Shown: one piece after another, positions 46,066 to 56,734 of the stretch
Numbering within the stretch: the stretch's first letter is position 1
Layout: each line of letters starts with the position of its first letter
Source: Cladosporium halotolerans
Taxonomy: Eukaryota
NCBI RefSeq assembly: GCF_011745625.1
Contig: NW_027191466.1
Coordinates: 186,001-250,000, forward strand
Direction of reading: 5' to 3'
Length of the DNA stretch: 64,000 bases
Position numbers and translations under genes: made by a program
The notes under the pieces: model-generated
What the model saw: the letters and a program-made list of their open reading frames with translations, nothing else
Database searches by the model: none
Told to the model about the DNA's origin: nothing

Positions 46066-47019
46066 GGTCGTTGGTCCTAATAATATTAATTTTTTCTTTC
46101 CGTGGCTTGGAGGCGATTCCTCTTCTGCTTTGTGCGATTGCCCAAGATACCCTGTTAATTCTACTGATGCTCACAATTGCTCACGAGTCTTCAATTCGAT
46201 CGGCGCCGCGTCGTCCCAAGATACCCTCAAAAAACGTGCCAAAAGCAGCATTCGGGCCCTCCTCATGTCTCCTACCTGCTCCTTGAACTCACATCAAGAA
46301 CTTCCATGTGAAAAGCTCTCCATTCGACCCCAACACCGTCACAGACCTTACAATTACAGAGAAGCGAGCCGCTCCTCCAAGAACCAAAGCGACATTGCAA
46401 GCGAGGAGAAAAAGAGGGCGGGACGAGAAGATTGTGGAACTCAAAGTAGAATACAAGTCTTCGCAAGCAGGGCGTTACAGAAAATGGTGATAAGTTTTCC
46501 TTCTCGCGCAATAGTGATTCCCCCGGTTCGCGCAGGGGCATTGGAAAGGCGAGTCGATCGCCCGCGCCAGCCTGTCAATCATCGTGTCCATCCGTCGCTC
46601 CGCTCCGATAGCGAAAAAAAAAAAAGACACAGAACAAACCTCCTGTTTCCGTTTCCCCCCGAGAGAAACCCATCGACTCACGAAATAACGGAAAAGAAAA
46701 AGCAGAACAGAACGCCTCATCAGGTGAAGGATCGATTTCGATTTTCGATCCGGACGTAATGAAAGAGGGAGGTTGGAAAAAGCAACGCCTCGTTTTCCCG
46801 TGGATAGTCTTGACATGTGAGTGTGTGTGCCTCCTTCTCTTGACGTTCCTCCGTGAAAAGGAGAGCACCGAGCCATCATCCCAAGCAAATTTTTGTTAAA
46901 GTAACAGGGTTCAGAAAGGGAGAGAGAAAAGCTGCGCCGCGGAACTCCATCGCTTGTAACAAACAGGACACACGCCGATTTGAGTGAACAGTCCGCAGCG
47001 CCCTCGAGATCGTCAATGG

Positions 47020-49947
47020 CTATGAGTTGGAAGGCGTGCCTGCGTCGTCCATCTTCACATCCTCTTCGGCGACCGCGCTGCCGCCTTCTTGCGCGCTCTT
47101 GATCTCCGAGCTGCTAGCTTGCAGTGCAGGAGGCCCAGCCGCAGATGTCGGGCCCGACGCGACGGAAGCCGGTGAGCTCTCGCGGTCAGGCTTGCTGTCC
47201 GAAGGCTGCTCTTTGGCTTTGCTGCGCTTGGTATAGTCGCTGAGGCTCAGCTTTTTGCGCGTCGGATTAGGCGCGACAGCGGCGGTGACGGACGGAGAAA
47301 AGATGGGGCCGGCGGGGCCGGCAGCTGCAGGGGATTGCACGAGGGCGCTATTTGTTCCGCTGCTCGAAGGAGGTTGCTGGCCGGCAGCGAAGGGATTCAC
47401 AGGCGGTGGTGGCATTGAGAGACTCATGTCGGGCGCTTTTGCGGCGTCAGTAGTAGGAATCGGTGGCGCTTGATCAGGTGGCGGTCCTTGGTCTGAGTCT
47501 GGTGCTTCTGATGGTTGATCTGGCGCTGGCGGATCTGAGGGGAGGTGCGAAGTCTGAGGGCTGCTAAGAGCAGGAGGCTCCTTTGCCGGTGTTTCATCAT
47601 CCTTTGGTCCCTCGTCTTCCTGCTTGGAACTCTCAACGCCATCTTCACCAGAATCCTTCATCTCCACATCTTCGTTCGTCGGTAGTGATGGTGGGTCTTC
47701 GACTTCAGGCTTTTTAGTGTCGTCGGGGTTTGGTGCAGGCGAAGCAGATTTGACGCGTTCTGATGGTTTGACATCCACGTCCATCTTTGTTTCAGCTTCA
47801 GCGGTCTTAGCCCGGATTTTCAAGCGCACTTCCTTGCTGATCGCATTATTACGCGCGCACCGCTCAAGCAAACGCTGGTGGAGGGAAATGAAGGGTCTCC
47901 GAACGCGTGGAGGCTCCTGCGCTTGTGAAGCTTCCTCATCAGACATATCGCATTGCACGCCGGAGTGAACGTACGCCGGCTTCGGTGTCCTAGACCGTTT
48001 GGTGGAAGGCTTGCCTGAGGCGCTCGTTTTGGTGGCAGGCTTCGGTCGCTTGCCACTGGATGATTTTGCAGGGGGTAAGCCAGATTGTCTTGACGTTCCA
48101 GCGTCTGCATATCTGGACGAGCTAGTCGAAGGCAGACTGGGTTGCTTCGGAGTCGTGGTGCTTGGTGTGTTGAGTGCCGAACCGCCACTGCTGCGTTTCT
48201 TCTTCGATTGCTTGCTAGTAGCTTGCTCATCTTGCTTCGAAAACAGCTCTTCCACTCGCGCTAGCTTCCTTCTCTCGCGCTCCGACATCTCCGTCGTGCC
48301 GCTCGTCGAGTAATGCGTGTTAGGCGTAATGTCGCGACTAGCGGACCCCCGGTCGGCAGAGCCTGAAGTCGAGCGTGAGTCAGTGGGCTCGTCATCTACA
48401 TCGACCCTGCGCGCCTCACTACCTGAGCGGCTATTGACGGCATGGGTATTGACGGGCGATATCTGGGATCCAGCCTTCTTCTTCCTTCCAGGCTGCTTAG
48501 GAATCTTCGCGGGCTCGGTCTCAGGATCGACAGTGGGGTCTCTCCTGTCGAAGCGAGACATCAAACAGCTCTCGCCTCGAGAGCATGCGCAAGGGCCGCA
48601 GTTGGCGAGAATGGTTGACACCCATGACGATATCCCCGACATATCTTTCTGCGAAATGTTGCCGCTGTGACGGGCGTTCAACCCGGAAAGCCCGCTGTTC
48701 ACATCCCAGGCAATGGCAATCTCTTCGCCCGCTTCGATGTCGCGCGTTGCGATGAAGCAAAAATGATAGTCGGCCGGTCCAGTAATGATAATCTTGAGTT
48801 CTGCGTTTGGCGAGCAGCTGCGCCTGATGTATCGTACAGGCGTGCCTTCATTGCGCGCGTCAATGCAGATAGGAAGCTGAGAGTGCAGAAAGACGAAAGG
48901 CTCCGGATGACGCAGAGTAGACCAGCGAGTCGCTGGGTCCTCGATGTAGTCGCCCTTCCACGTCAAATGGCCTCGAAGCTCACCTATGCAAGCGTGTGTC
49001 GCAAGTGGCTCCGACACGGTCGCATATCTCCACATCGCAGGCTGTCCATCGGGTGTTTTGTATGTGGGATCACGGCGTTCGCGAATTTCGAACGAGGGAA
49101 CGCCATCAATAATACTGATGTCTCCGTCCCAGCGTTGGAAGACGTTATGTGGCTCGACACCACCCGTGACCTCGAAGCACTCATCTGGGTTGGTGAGCCA
49201 CTTCTGCATGGAGCTGTAGAGCTGAATGTCTGGAACATTAGTGTGCGGGACGTTGTAGTCGTCTTCGCGGTAAATGCGGATGAAGTCCGCCGAGTACATA
49301 GGGAATAGGGCGTCTGGCGATCGCGAAACGCTTCGCCTGTGGTTGGTGGACGAGCCATTGTTGCGCTTGCGATCCTTCGGGACCTGGAGCGGGTTGGTTG
49401 TCGAGTTGGATGTACGATGGCTTGTCTTGGGTCTTTTCGCGGGTGGTTGCTGGTCGCGGGGGCTCGCGCTGTTTCGATCGTGCCGTGATTTGTCCAGCGG
49501 CCACCCGTTCGTCGCGGCCGCGCCTGGGGCGTCCTTGGTCTTCTTTTTGTGGCTCTTACTGGTCTGTCGTTTATTGCCATTCTGCAAAGCGTATCGCTCA
49601 GCTCTTGCTTCCCGTTGACGAACATGCGCGGCTTGCGCATTTACGGGACGCTCGGGACGACATTCCACACACCAGTGCTGCAGCTCGTCTGGCAAACTGT
49701 CGCCGTACTGCGGATAGTAGCAAATAATGTGTTGCCACTTGTTGCAAGTATCGCAAGCGACCGTGTTGCCATCGTCTTCGTTGAAGCCGCAGATGCAGTT
49801 TATCTGGCCATCGTCCTCCTCTTCGATGTCGTCCGGAAGTTGCTGCTGGTGTGCGAGATGTGCGTAATCGTCGGGGCTGGCGATACGGCCTGAGAATGGC
49901 TTAACGTCCTGACCAGTGACAGCGGTAGGGCGGAAGGTGTCTGTCAT
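47020..49947 (-). CDS. SET3: PHD finger + SET domain chromatin protein, Set3/Set4 family
   Basis: PHD INCICGFNEDDGNTVACDTCNKWQHIICY..HWCVEC; degenerate SET (IDARNEG..RYIRRSCSPNA..GEEIAIAW); C-terminal KKLSLSDY. Confidence 0.88.
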   Translation of the reverse strand: MTDTFRPTAVTGQDVKPFSGRIASPDDYAHLAHQQQLPDDIEEEDDGQINCICGFNEDDGNTVACDTCNKWQHIICYYPQYGDSLPDELQHWCVECRPERPVNAQAAHVRQREARAERYALQNGNKRQTSKSHKKKTKDAPGAAATNGWPLDKSRHDRNSASPRDQQPPAKRPKTSHRTSNSTTNPLQVPKDRKRNNGSSTNHRRSVSRSPDALFPMYSADFIRIYREDDYNVPHTNVPDIQLYSSMQKWLTNPDECFEVTGGVEPHNVFQRWDGDISIIDGVPSFEIRERRDPTYKTPDGQPAMWRYATVSEPLATHACIGELRGHLTWKGDYIEDPATRWSTLRHPEPFVFLHSQLPICIDARNEGTPVRYIRRSCSPNAELKIIITGPADYHFCFIATRDIEAGEEIAIAWDVNSGLSGLNARHSGNISQKDMSGISSWVSTILANCGPCACSRGESCLMSRFDRRDPTVDPETEPAKIPKQPGRKKKAGSQISPVNTHAVNSRSGSEARRVDVDDEPTDSRSTSGSADRGSASRDITPNTHYSTSGTTEMSERERRKLARVEELFSKQDEQATSKQSKKKRSSGGSALNTPSTTTPKQPSLPSTSSSRYADAGTSRQSGLPPAKSSSGKRPKPATKTSASGKPSTKRSRTPKPAYVHSGVQCDMSDEEASQAQEPPRVRRPFISLHQRLLERCARNNAISKEVRLKIRAKTAEAETKMDVDVKPSERVKSASPAPNPDDTKKPEVEDPPSLPTNEDVEMKDSGEDGVESSKQEDEGPKDDETPAKEPPALSSPQTSHLPSDPPAPDQPSEAPDSDQGPPPDQAPPIPTTDAAKAPDMSLSMPPPPVNPFAAGQQPPSSSGTNSALVQSPAAAGPAGPIFSPSVTAAVAPNPTRKKLSLSDYTKRSKAKEQPSDSKPDRESSPASVASGPTSAAGPPALQASSSEIKSAQEGGSAVAEEDVKMDDAGTPSNS

Positions 49948-51866
49948 GCTATCACGTCTGCGATCAGAGTCGTGGGTGGTGACGGGTTCAGGTGACGGGA
50001 TCTTCGCCGAGCCTGCGTCGCATGACGGGAAGGCTGCTGAACGGCGCCCGATGGCGGAAATGGTCGACACCGCACGGTGTGCGCAATCGGTGCCGCGTCT
50101 TTGAAGGTCGTCGACGGGCGGGACAAAGAGCGGCTTCGCTGGCGGTCAAGGGCGGGGACTCGGCGGCGTCTAGAAAGCGGAGGACGCCAATGCGTGCAGA
50201 TGACGGCGCGTCACGGTGTCGCTGGAGGGTGAGGGTGTGTGGCGATCGAACATGGGCCAGGGAGTCGAGTACGGTCGCGGTTTGAGGGCGAAGAAGCGTG
50301 CGTGGCGGCGGTGGTGGTGGGCGAGCGGCGGCGCGGAAGGGAGGGCGGGCGGGTGGGAGGCTGCAACCGGGCTCAAATACGGTCGTGATAGAGTCGCATA
50401 AGAATCGAAAGGCGTCAAGCGCGAGCCTGGGAGGGTGAGGAGAGAGATGGGTGGTGGAGTGTGTGTGGGAGGGAATTGGGTGACAGACTCAGACCTGAGG
50501 GGACGGACGCAGCAGCAACCCGACCACCTTCAGCGCGAGTTTCTGTGCTGCTGCGCGTAGCCCGCGTCACGCCGCACGCTGCATACCGGCGAGGGAGGCG
50601 GCCCGTGCGCTGGCCCAGCTTTCGCGCTGAGCCTGAGGCCGCGTGCGGGATGCGGCCTGGCGGCCTGGCCCACGCCGGCGCTCAAACGGGCCATGAGTCT
50701 GGGCGGAGCAGGTGTCTGCTGTGGGCTGGCACAGAAGACAGTAGAGGTCGCGGATGTGCGTTCACAGGCGGGCGTGGCGGGCGGCAGGCAGGAGGCAAGG
50801 TTGGCGTGCTGCGAAAGCACGAAGCCAGCACGCTGCCAGCAGCCTCGAACGGTCCGCGAATCATCGTCGAGAACGGCGCTTAGGTTCGCGCTAAGAGGAA
50901 GGTTAAATCCGACTCGCGCGCGTAGGCCTCTGCAGCGTGGGCGGCTTCCTCCCTGCTGTTGTTATCGCACCACACTCTGTCCTCCCCGTGCGACAAACGT
51001 TTGCCGTGTCGCTGAGCTGATACGGCGAAGATGGCTGCCATGTGCGAACGATGACATGCGCTGGAGGCTTTCCGGAAGGCAAGCGCAGCGATGAGTCTGC
51101 CGCCCGGACTCGTGTCTGTCTGCCTTCCTTCCCACGGTTCGCGACGGCGCTTGTCCCGGACCCGCGACCTTCGAAAGGACGGTGGCCCTAGCGGACGAGC
51201 CAGCCTCTCGCCATCATCTCTCTCCTCCGCCCCTCGAGCTCTCGTCTCATCAAACTCGTCAGTTGGGGATCCGCAAATTCCCGCACGCCGTCCTATGCCC
51301 ATCGCATCACCGCCGTGCTGACGACCGCACTGTCGTACGAGTCATCTAGACACCAGGCCTTTCTCACTCACGATTAGGCTTTGCGAGCATCTTCGACGGT
51401 GCCAACAACAGTCTCCATGCAATTTGCAGCGCACTCAACATCGACGTGTACAACCTTCATCTAGTGAGATGTCCAGTGGTCGCACTGTAGTAGGCGACAC
51501 ATTCCTATCATCACCAGTCAAAAGAAATGGAGAACCAAAACACGAGGTGGGATGATCAAAGGACAAAACGGGTCCTGGGCTATGTCTCAGTTGCATGGAA
51601 AGCTGCGAAACGGTCGTTGTTGTGATATGGCGACAGCCGTTTCCTGCGGAAGGGCGAGGACAGACGCCATCTGACTTCTGCTCGTTCAGCCTGCGCTGGA
51701 GTTGCCTTCCGAACATTGCCACATGGAGCCGATAAAGAACAAGGTAGGCTCTTCAACTGGAAACTAGACACTCGCATCTGCAACGCTCCGATCGAGATCA
51801 TAGGCATCCATTCCCCTCAATCAGATATCTAGCTCGAAAGATGCGCTCTTTAGAACAAACCTCTCA

Positions 51867-53447
51867 TCATCGCCAACCCTGGCTCGAACTGCGATGGTCC
51901 TCATTGCTCATACTCTCAAAGCTCAAATCCCATTCGTCGACCTCCGCGAACTTCCGCCGCGCCTCCTCCAGCTCCTTGCTGTGCGCCACCTCGTGCATTG
52001 TGAGGCTTGTGTCCCCTTCCTCTTCCTCCAAGCCGGACTCCTCGCCTGCATTCTCCTTGTCGGACGCTGCTGCGCGGCCGTAGGTCCTAGTGGCTTTGCC
52101 TTTGTTTTTCGTCGACGGAGCAGGAGCGGCGGATTTGCGAGTCTGCTTGGGCTTTGTCTTCGCTGGAGCGGCGGTCTTCTTCCTGCCTTTGGTTTGCGCA
52201 GGGGCTCGGGTCTGCCGTCTGGTCCTGCCGCCCAGCTCGTCTTCGTCCTCGTCCAGATGTGTAGTGTCGAACGCTATGCCGTCGTCGTCTTCGTCCGAGG
52301 GTATGTCGTATTCTGTCCGGCCGTAGCTGGGCTGCGTTCTTCGTGTGCGTCTAGGCAGGAGAGCGCGTAGTGTTGCCGTTGACATGTTGACTTGCTTCTT
52401 GCTACCTCTACTTCTCGTCTTTGCTGGTTCACGTGGCGGTGGCGAGACTTGCGTGAGAGGATCTGCGTAGATGTCCGTGCGCTGTGTCTCCGGTATTGGT
52501 GAGGCGAGTGGGCTACTGCTGGCTGGTTCGGCCATGGTAGCGTTGGGCGCGTCGAAGTCGCTTTCTTGCTCCTCGTCATGGACTGTTTTTCGACGCTCCT
52601 GCTCCTCCGTGGATGGCACTGCCAAGTCTGCCTGTTCGGCTCCAGCGGGTTTCTCAGCAGACGAAGGTTCTGTAGGCGGTGTTGACTGTGGCGAGGAATT
52701 GACGACCTGTACGTCTGAGGTGATGGGGTTGGGCACAGGGCTCTCCTCGCGGTCTGATGAGGCGTGCTCTTCCACTTCGCCTTCAGCGTCGACTTGAGGT
52801 AGTGACTCCTCTTCCGCAGGCGGTACAGCAGACTTCCGGTGCCTTTTCTTCAACGCGTCCAAAGCCGAGTGCGAAACATCCACATCGTCTGATTTTCTCT
52901 TCTTCCTCAACGCACCCAAAGCCGAACCCGGAGCCTCCATCTCATCCGACTTGCGCTTACTCCTCCTCCTCGTCGCCTGCACAGGCACAGGGCTCTCTGC
53001 CGCCTTAGACACCACACTCTTCGCAGCGGACGCGACACTCTTCGCAGCAGAACCCACGTTCCTCCTCCCCTTCGAAACCAAAACCGGCGTGCCCTCCGCC
53101 TCCGGCGCAAAATCCTCCTCATCCTCACTCGCGCTGCCCAGATCAAACACGCTCGTGCTCTCCACGCCATCGTCCTCCACCTGCGGCCTGGCGCTCAGCA
53201 TGCTCTGCTGCGCGATACTGGAGCGGCGGCGCTTGACCATCTCCAGCATGCTGCCCTGGCGCGGGCGGCGCTTGAAGTTCTTCAGAGCCAGCATGCTCGT
53301 CTCGACGGCCGGGCCGGGCGTGCCGGTCGTGTTGGTCTTCTCGCGCAGGGCGGGGCGTCGCGTCGTTGTTGCGGGCGCATCTTTGGTTGCTGAGGGCGGT
53401 GGCTTCGTCGCGGAGGGCGGCGCGCGGGCGCTGCGGAGGCGGGCCAT
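51867..53447 (-). CDS. Disordered nuclear protein with D-box, KEN box and Sororin-like C-terminal motif (candidate Sor1)
   Basis: RPALREKTN (RxxLxxxxN), NFKRRPRQGSML, STATLRALLPRR, RTYG, DKEN, ELEEARRKFAEVDEWDLSFE. Confidence 0.75.
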   Translation of the reverse strand: MARLRSARAPPSATKPPPSATKDAPATTTRRPALREKTNTTGTPGPAVETSMLALKNFKRRPRQGSMLEMVKRRRSSIAQQSMLSARPQVEDDGVESTSVFDLGSASEDEEDFAPEAEGTPVLVSKGRRNVGSAAKSVASAAKSVVSKAAESPVPVQATRRRSKRKSDEMEAPGSALGALRKKRKSDDVDVSHSALDALKKRHRKSAVPPAEEESLPQVDAEGEVEEHASSDREESPVPNPITSDVQVVNSSPQSTPPTEPSSAEKPAGAEQADLAVPSTEEQERRKTVHDEEQESDFDAPNATMAEPASSSPLASPIPETQRTDIYADPLTQVSPPPREPAKTRSRGSKKQVNMSTATLRALLPRRTRRTQPSYGRTEYDIPSDEDDDGIAFDTTHLDEDEDELGGRTRRQTRAPAQTKGRKKTAAPAKTKPKQTRKSAAPAPSTKNKGKATRTYGRAAASDKENAGEESGLEEEEGDTSLTMHEVAHSKELEEARRKFAEVDEWDLSFESMSNEDHRSSSQGWR

Positions 53448-53810
53448 TGTTGGCGCGGCCGGTTGGGTAGGGATGTATTCGGATTGTTTTTCGAGGGCCA
53501 GAGGGTTTATGGTTTCCAGGGTGGTGGTGGGAAGAGAGGTGGGTGATGACGTTCTGGACGAGACGCGTGATGGCTTGCTGGAACGCGACTTTCGCACAAC
53601 AGCCCACCAGCGGGCTTTGCTGGGTGGCAGAAGTCGTGGTCTGAGCTGGATTGCGCTCCAATGAGAGGGCTGCTCGTAGGAGGATGGGATTGGCCGTACA
53701 ATGCTCTTCTTTTGTTATTTATGTTGATGCTAACAATGCTACTTGAACACGTCATCAAGCATATTGTGATTACATACTCCGTAGATCAAGTAAAGGCCGC
53801 TATGAGCACC

Positions 53811-55932
53811 TTAGAACGGACCAACATTCGCGTTGCCCTCCAGCAGCTTCTCGATCATGCTGCGGCAAATAGGGTGGTAGAAATCCTTGTTCTTCTCGAA
53901 CGTCTCGCGGGCCAACGGGACGTCGACCTTCAACAGCTCCTTGTACAAAGGCCTGACGAACTTCATCCTGCCAACTCTTCCAGCGAGCGCCGCAGCGTCC
54001 TTGTAGAACTTCTCCGCCTTAGCCTTGAGAGCAATGACATAGAATCTGCTGACAAGCTCGACGTTCTTCGACGAGGCGTACGCGTACTCCTTGCCCATAG
54101 TCTCGACAAGAGCCGGAGACAGCGGGGACGGGAAGCCCTGAACGGCCTCAAGGAAGACGTAGCTCTGCTGAGAGGTGAACTTGGAGATGTCGTCGGCGCT
54201 CGGCTTGAAGTCTGATTTGCCCTCGCTGAGAGCCTTCCATTGATCCGCAAGTGCGAGGCAGGCGTCGGCAAGAGTGGTGTCGAACGCTGGCTTGGGTGGG
54301 AAGCCGGGCTTGTAGTACCAAGCGTCCCAATCGAGGTCATTGAGCTTCTTGCTGGCATCAGCATCTGACGCGAAGAAGTCAAGCAGCGTGGCCTTGAACT
54401 CGTAGGAGTCGACGGAGCGCTCCTTGAAAGTGGTGAAGTAGTGCGGAATGAACTTGTCCCACTGCTCAATGCCAATCAGCTTCTCGAGATGGTACAGAAA
54501 CACGAAGCCCTTCTCGTAGGGAACGCTGGAGAAGGCGTCATCCGGATCCTTGCCCTTCAGGTCAGGAATCATCTTGGTGAACTCATGGTCCTCGCCGAAC
54601 TGAGCAATGCTGTCGGACAAGGCCTTCCAGCCGATAAGGGCGCTGAAGTCGCGGATCTTGTCATCGTTGTGCACGGCGCCTTGGATGCGGCGCTCAAGGT
54701 ATACAGTCCAGCCCTCGTTGAGCCAGAAGTGCTCCCAGCTAGCACAGCTGACGAGGTTTCCGGACCTGCAGAGAGCGTCAGTTGATGTTGCCGAGCAGAT
54801 GTTGTACTTTCTATACATACCAGGAGTGAGCAAGTTCGTGAGCGACCACATCCACGTTAGCACGGTCGCCGCTGATCAGGGTGGGGGTTGCAAAAGTAAA
54901 GACTGGGTTCTCCATGCCGCCTGAACATCTATTAGCTCGTGGACCTTGAACAGCGGAATGCTCGCTTTTGCGCAAAGTCACGTTGTGGCAAGCGTTTTAG
55001 GACTTGAAACATACTACGAAGATGTCAGCATATATTTCTCATGCAGGCAGTGGCTCTCAAACTCACCCATAGGGGAAAGACGGCGGGAGAACAAGAACAT
55101 TGTACTGAGTCCAAGCATAGGGGTAGACAATCTTCTCCGCAGTCTTGATGTAATCCTCAGTGTCCGCCTCGAACTCCCACTGACAATCAGTGAGCTCCTC
55201 AGGGCCTGTCCACACAGTAGAGCGAGGACCGATCGACGCGCAAGCGAGGTCACCGCTGGCAACAGCGAACAGATACGAGGGCATGGGGACGCTCTGGTGG
55301 AATGTGTAGAGCAGGGTGCCGTCTTTGCCATCCTTGCCGACCTCGAAGTCCTTAGCTCCAGTGGGCAGTCCAGATGCAACGACCGGCAGGGGCGAGCGCA
55401 GGTTGAAGGTGTAAGTCGACTTCACGTCCGGAGTGTCCTGGCATGGCAGCAGCGATCTGGCGTGGATAGCCTGGCATTGCGAGAACATGTACGGTTGCTT
55501 CTTGTTGCTGGTCTGGGCCGGGGTCATCCATTGGAGAGCGGTGCAGTCCTTGGTGGTGGAGACTTCGATGTCGACGGTGACCTCGGAAGCAGAAGCGACG
55601 TACTCGTCGGCGAGACCGATGGTCAAAGGAGTACCGTATGGCTCGGTGCGCTTAGCCGCAAGCTCCCAATCGACCTTCTTTCCGGCCACAGTGACTGCAG
55701 AGACGTCCAGGAAGCTGGTGTCGAGAACGATCTTGCGTTCATCAGCGAGTTTCTTCAGGGTCAAGCTGACACTGCCGTGAAGACGCTTTCCTTCGAAGTC
55801 GATCGCATAGTTGGCGGTCGTGTGCTGCGTTCTCCAGGCATTGTAGTTGGCCAGAGTGTTCGGGTCTCTCGGTGCGTGAATGCTAGCAGCAGCCTTCTCG
55901 GCAGCAGCGTCAGAGATTGGCCGCATGACCAT
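53811..55932 (-). CDS. LTA4H: Leukotriene A4 hydrolase / M1 leucyl aminopeptidase; exons 55932-55068, 54920-54821, 54765-53811 (first intervening sequence is a stwintron); possible upstream start 56052
   Basis: [30 protein letters not shown] (after twin-intron removal), [28 protein letters not shown]. Confidence 0.95.
54921..55067 (-). other. Spliceosomal twin intron (stwintron), [D1,2] or [A2,3] type
   Basis: Minus strand reads G-GTGAGT..GCTGAC..TAG-TATGT..GCTAAT..CAG-G, with two complete sets of splice signals sharing one G. Only two-step removal gives the correct frame. Confidence 0.88.
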
Positions 55933-56734
55933 TTTTGACTGCGAGTATGGCAGCTGAGATTGGCGTTGAAATCCGTGAGGCTTAAAAGCAAAGCACTCTC
56001 TCAAAGTAGATGTGACTTTGCCCAAGAGACTACCTGCGGCCTTGCTGCTCATCCGGCAAGGAAGTCCTCTCGTAGCAAAGTTTCTTTTCCTTGGACCCAA
56101 CGCAGATACCCGGCAATGACAAAGTGGATTGCGTGACTCTTTTTATTGTTGGTCAGTGTGGAACGTGATACCCGAGCTCCTTCCTATCTGGTCGACCTCG
56201 TGACACCGCGAACAAGCGCGATGCTGTGCCTCGGTCGGCAAAAGTCGTTGCAACGCTGTAAGTAGGGTTAGGGTTGGGGTGACCGCAACACATCGATTGT
56301 CGACGCGTTCCTGTTTTGTAGACGTTGCTGCATATCTTAAGATGATCTGGGACTTCCGTTGGTATTAGCTGATAATTTTCAAGGGCAATTTGGTGTTCTT
56401 GAGCCAAGTGCCGGCATGTATATGAGGTACTGTCATTCTGCTAGTCTATGACAGAGCAGCTTCACGACACAGACGAAATTCTCGACGCGCAACGGACAAC
56501 ACATCAAGTCTCTATATCTCATGCAAGAAAATTATAGGCCTTGAGAAAGACCCATCAGATCACGCTCTCAAGACACAACCATCGATCAACCATTTTGACA
56601 AGGACCAGAGAGACACAGGGAGCCAGAAAGCCCCCATAACCGACGGAGTGAACAGACCACAAAACCCAATCAATACACTACAAACCAAACCCCATCCCCA
56701 ACCCTCCCACCTCCCACCTCACCCACCAACCCCA

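Noticed and set aside
46028..46888. 243-aa ORF and neighbours between the convergent hypothetical and SET3 genes
   Set aside because: A/T homopolymer-rich and UTR-like, with a non-ATG start; most likely the SET3 3'UTR.
48690..48900. SET domain lacking NHSC and the catalytic Tyr (RRSC, IAW)
   Set aside because: A known property of the Set3/Set4 subfamily; neither novel nor a sign of pseudogenisation.
49948..51866. GC-rich ORFs upstream of SET3
   Set aside because: Arg/Pro/Ala-rich random-like translations; interpreted as a long 5'UTR/promoter.
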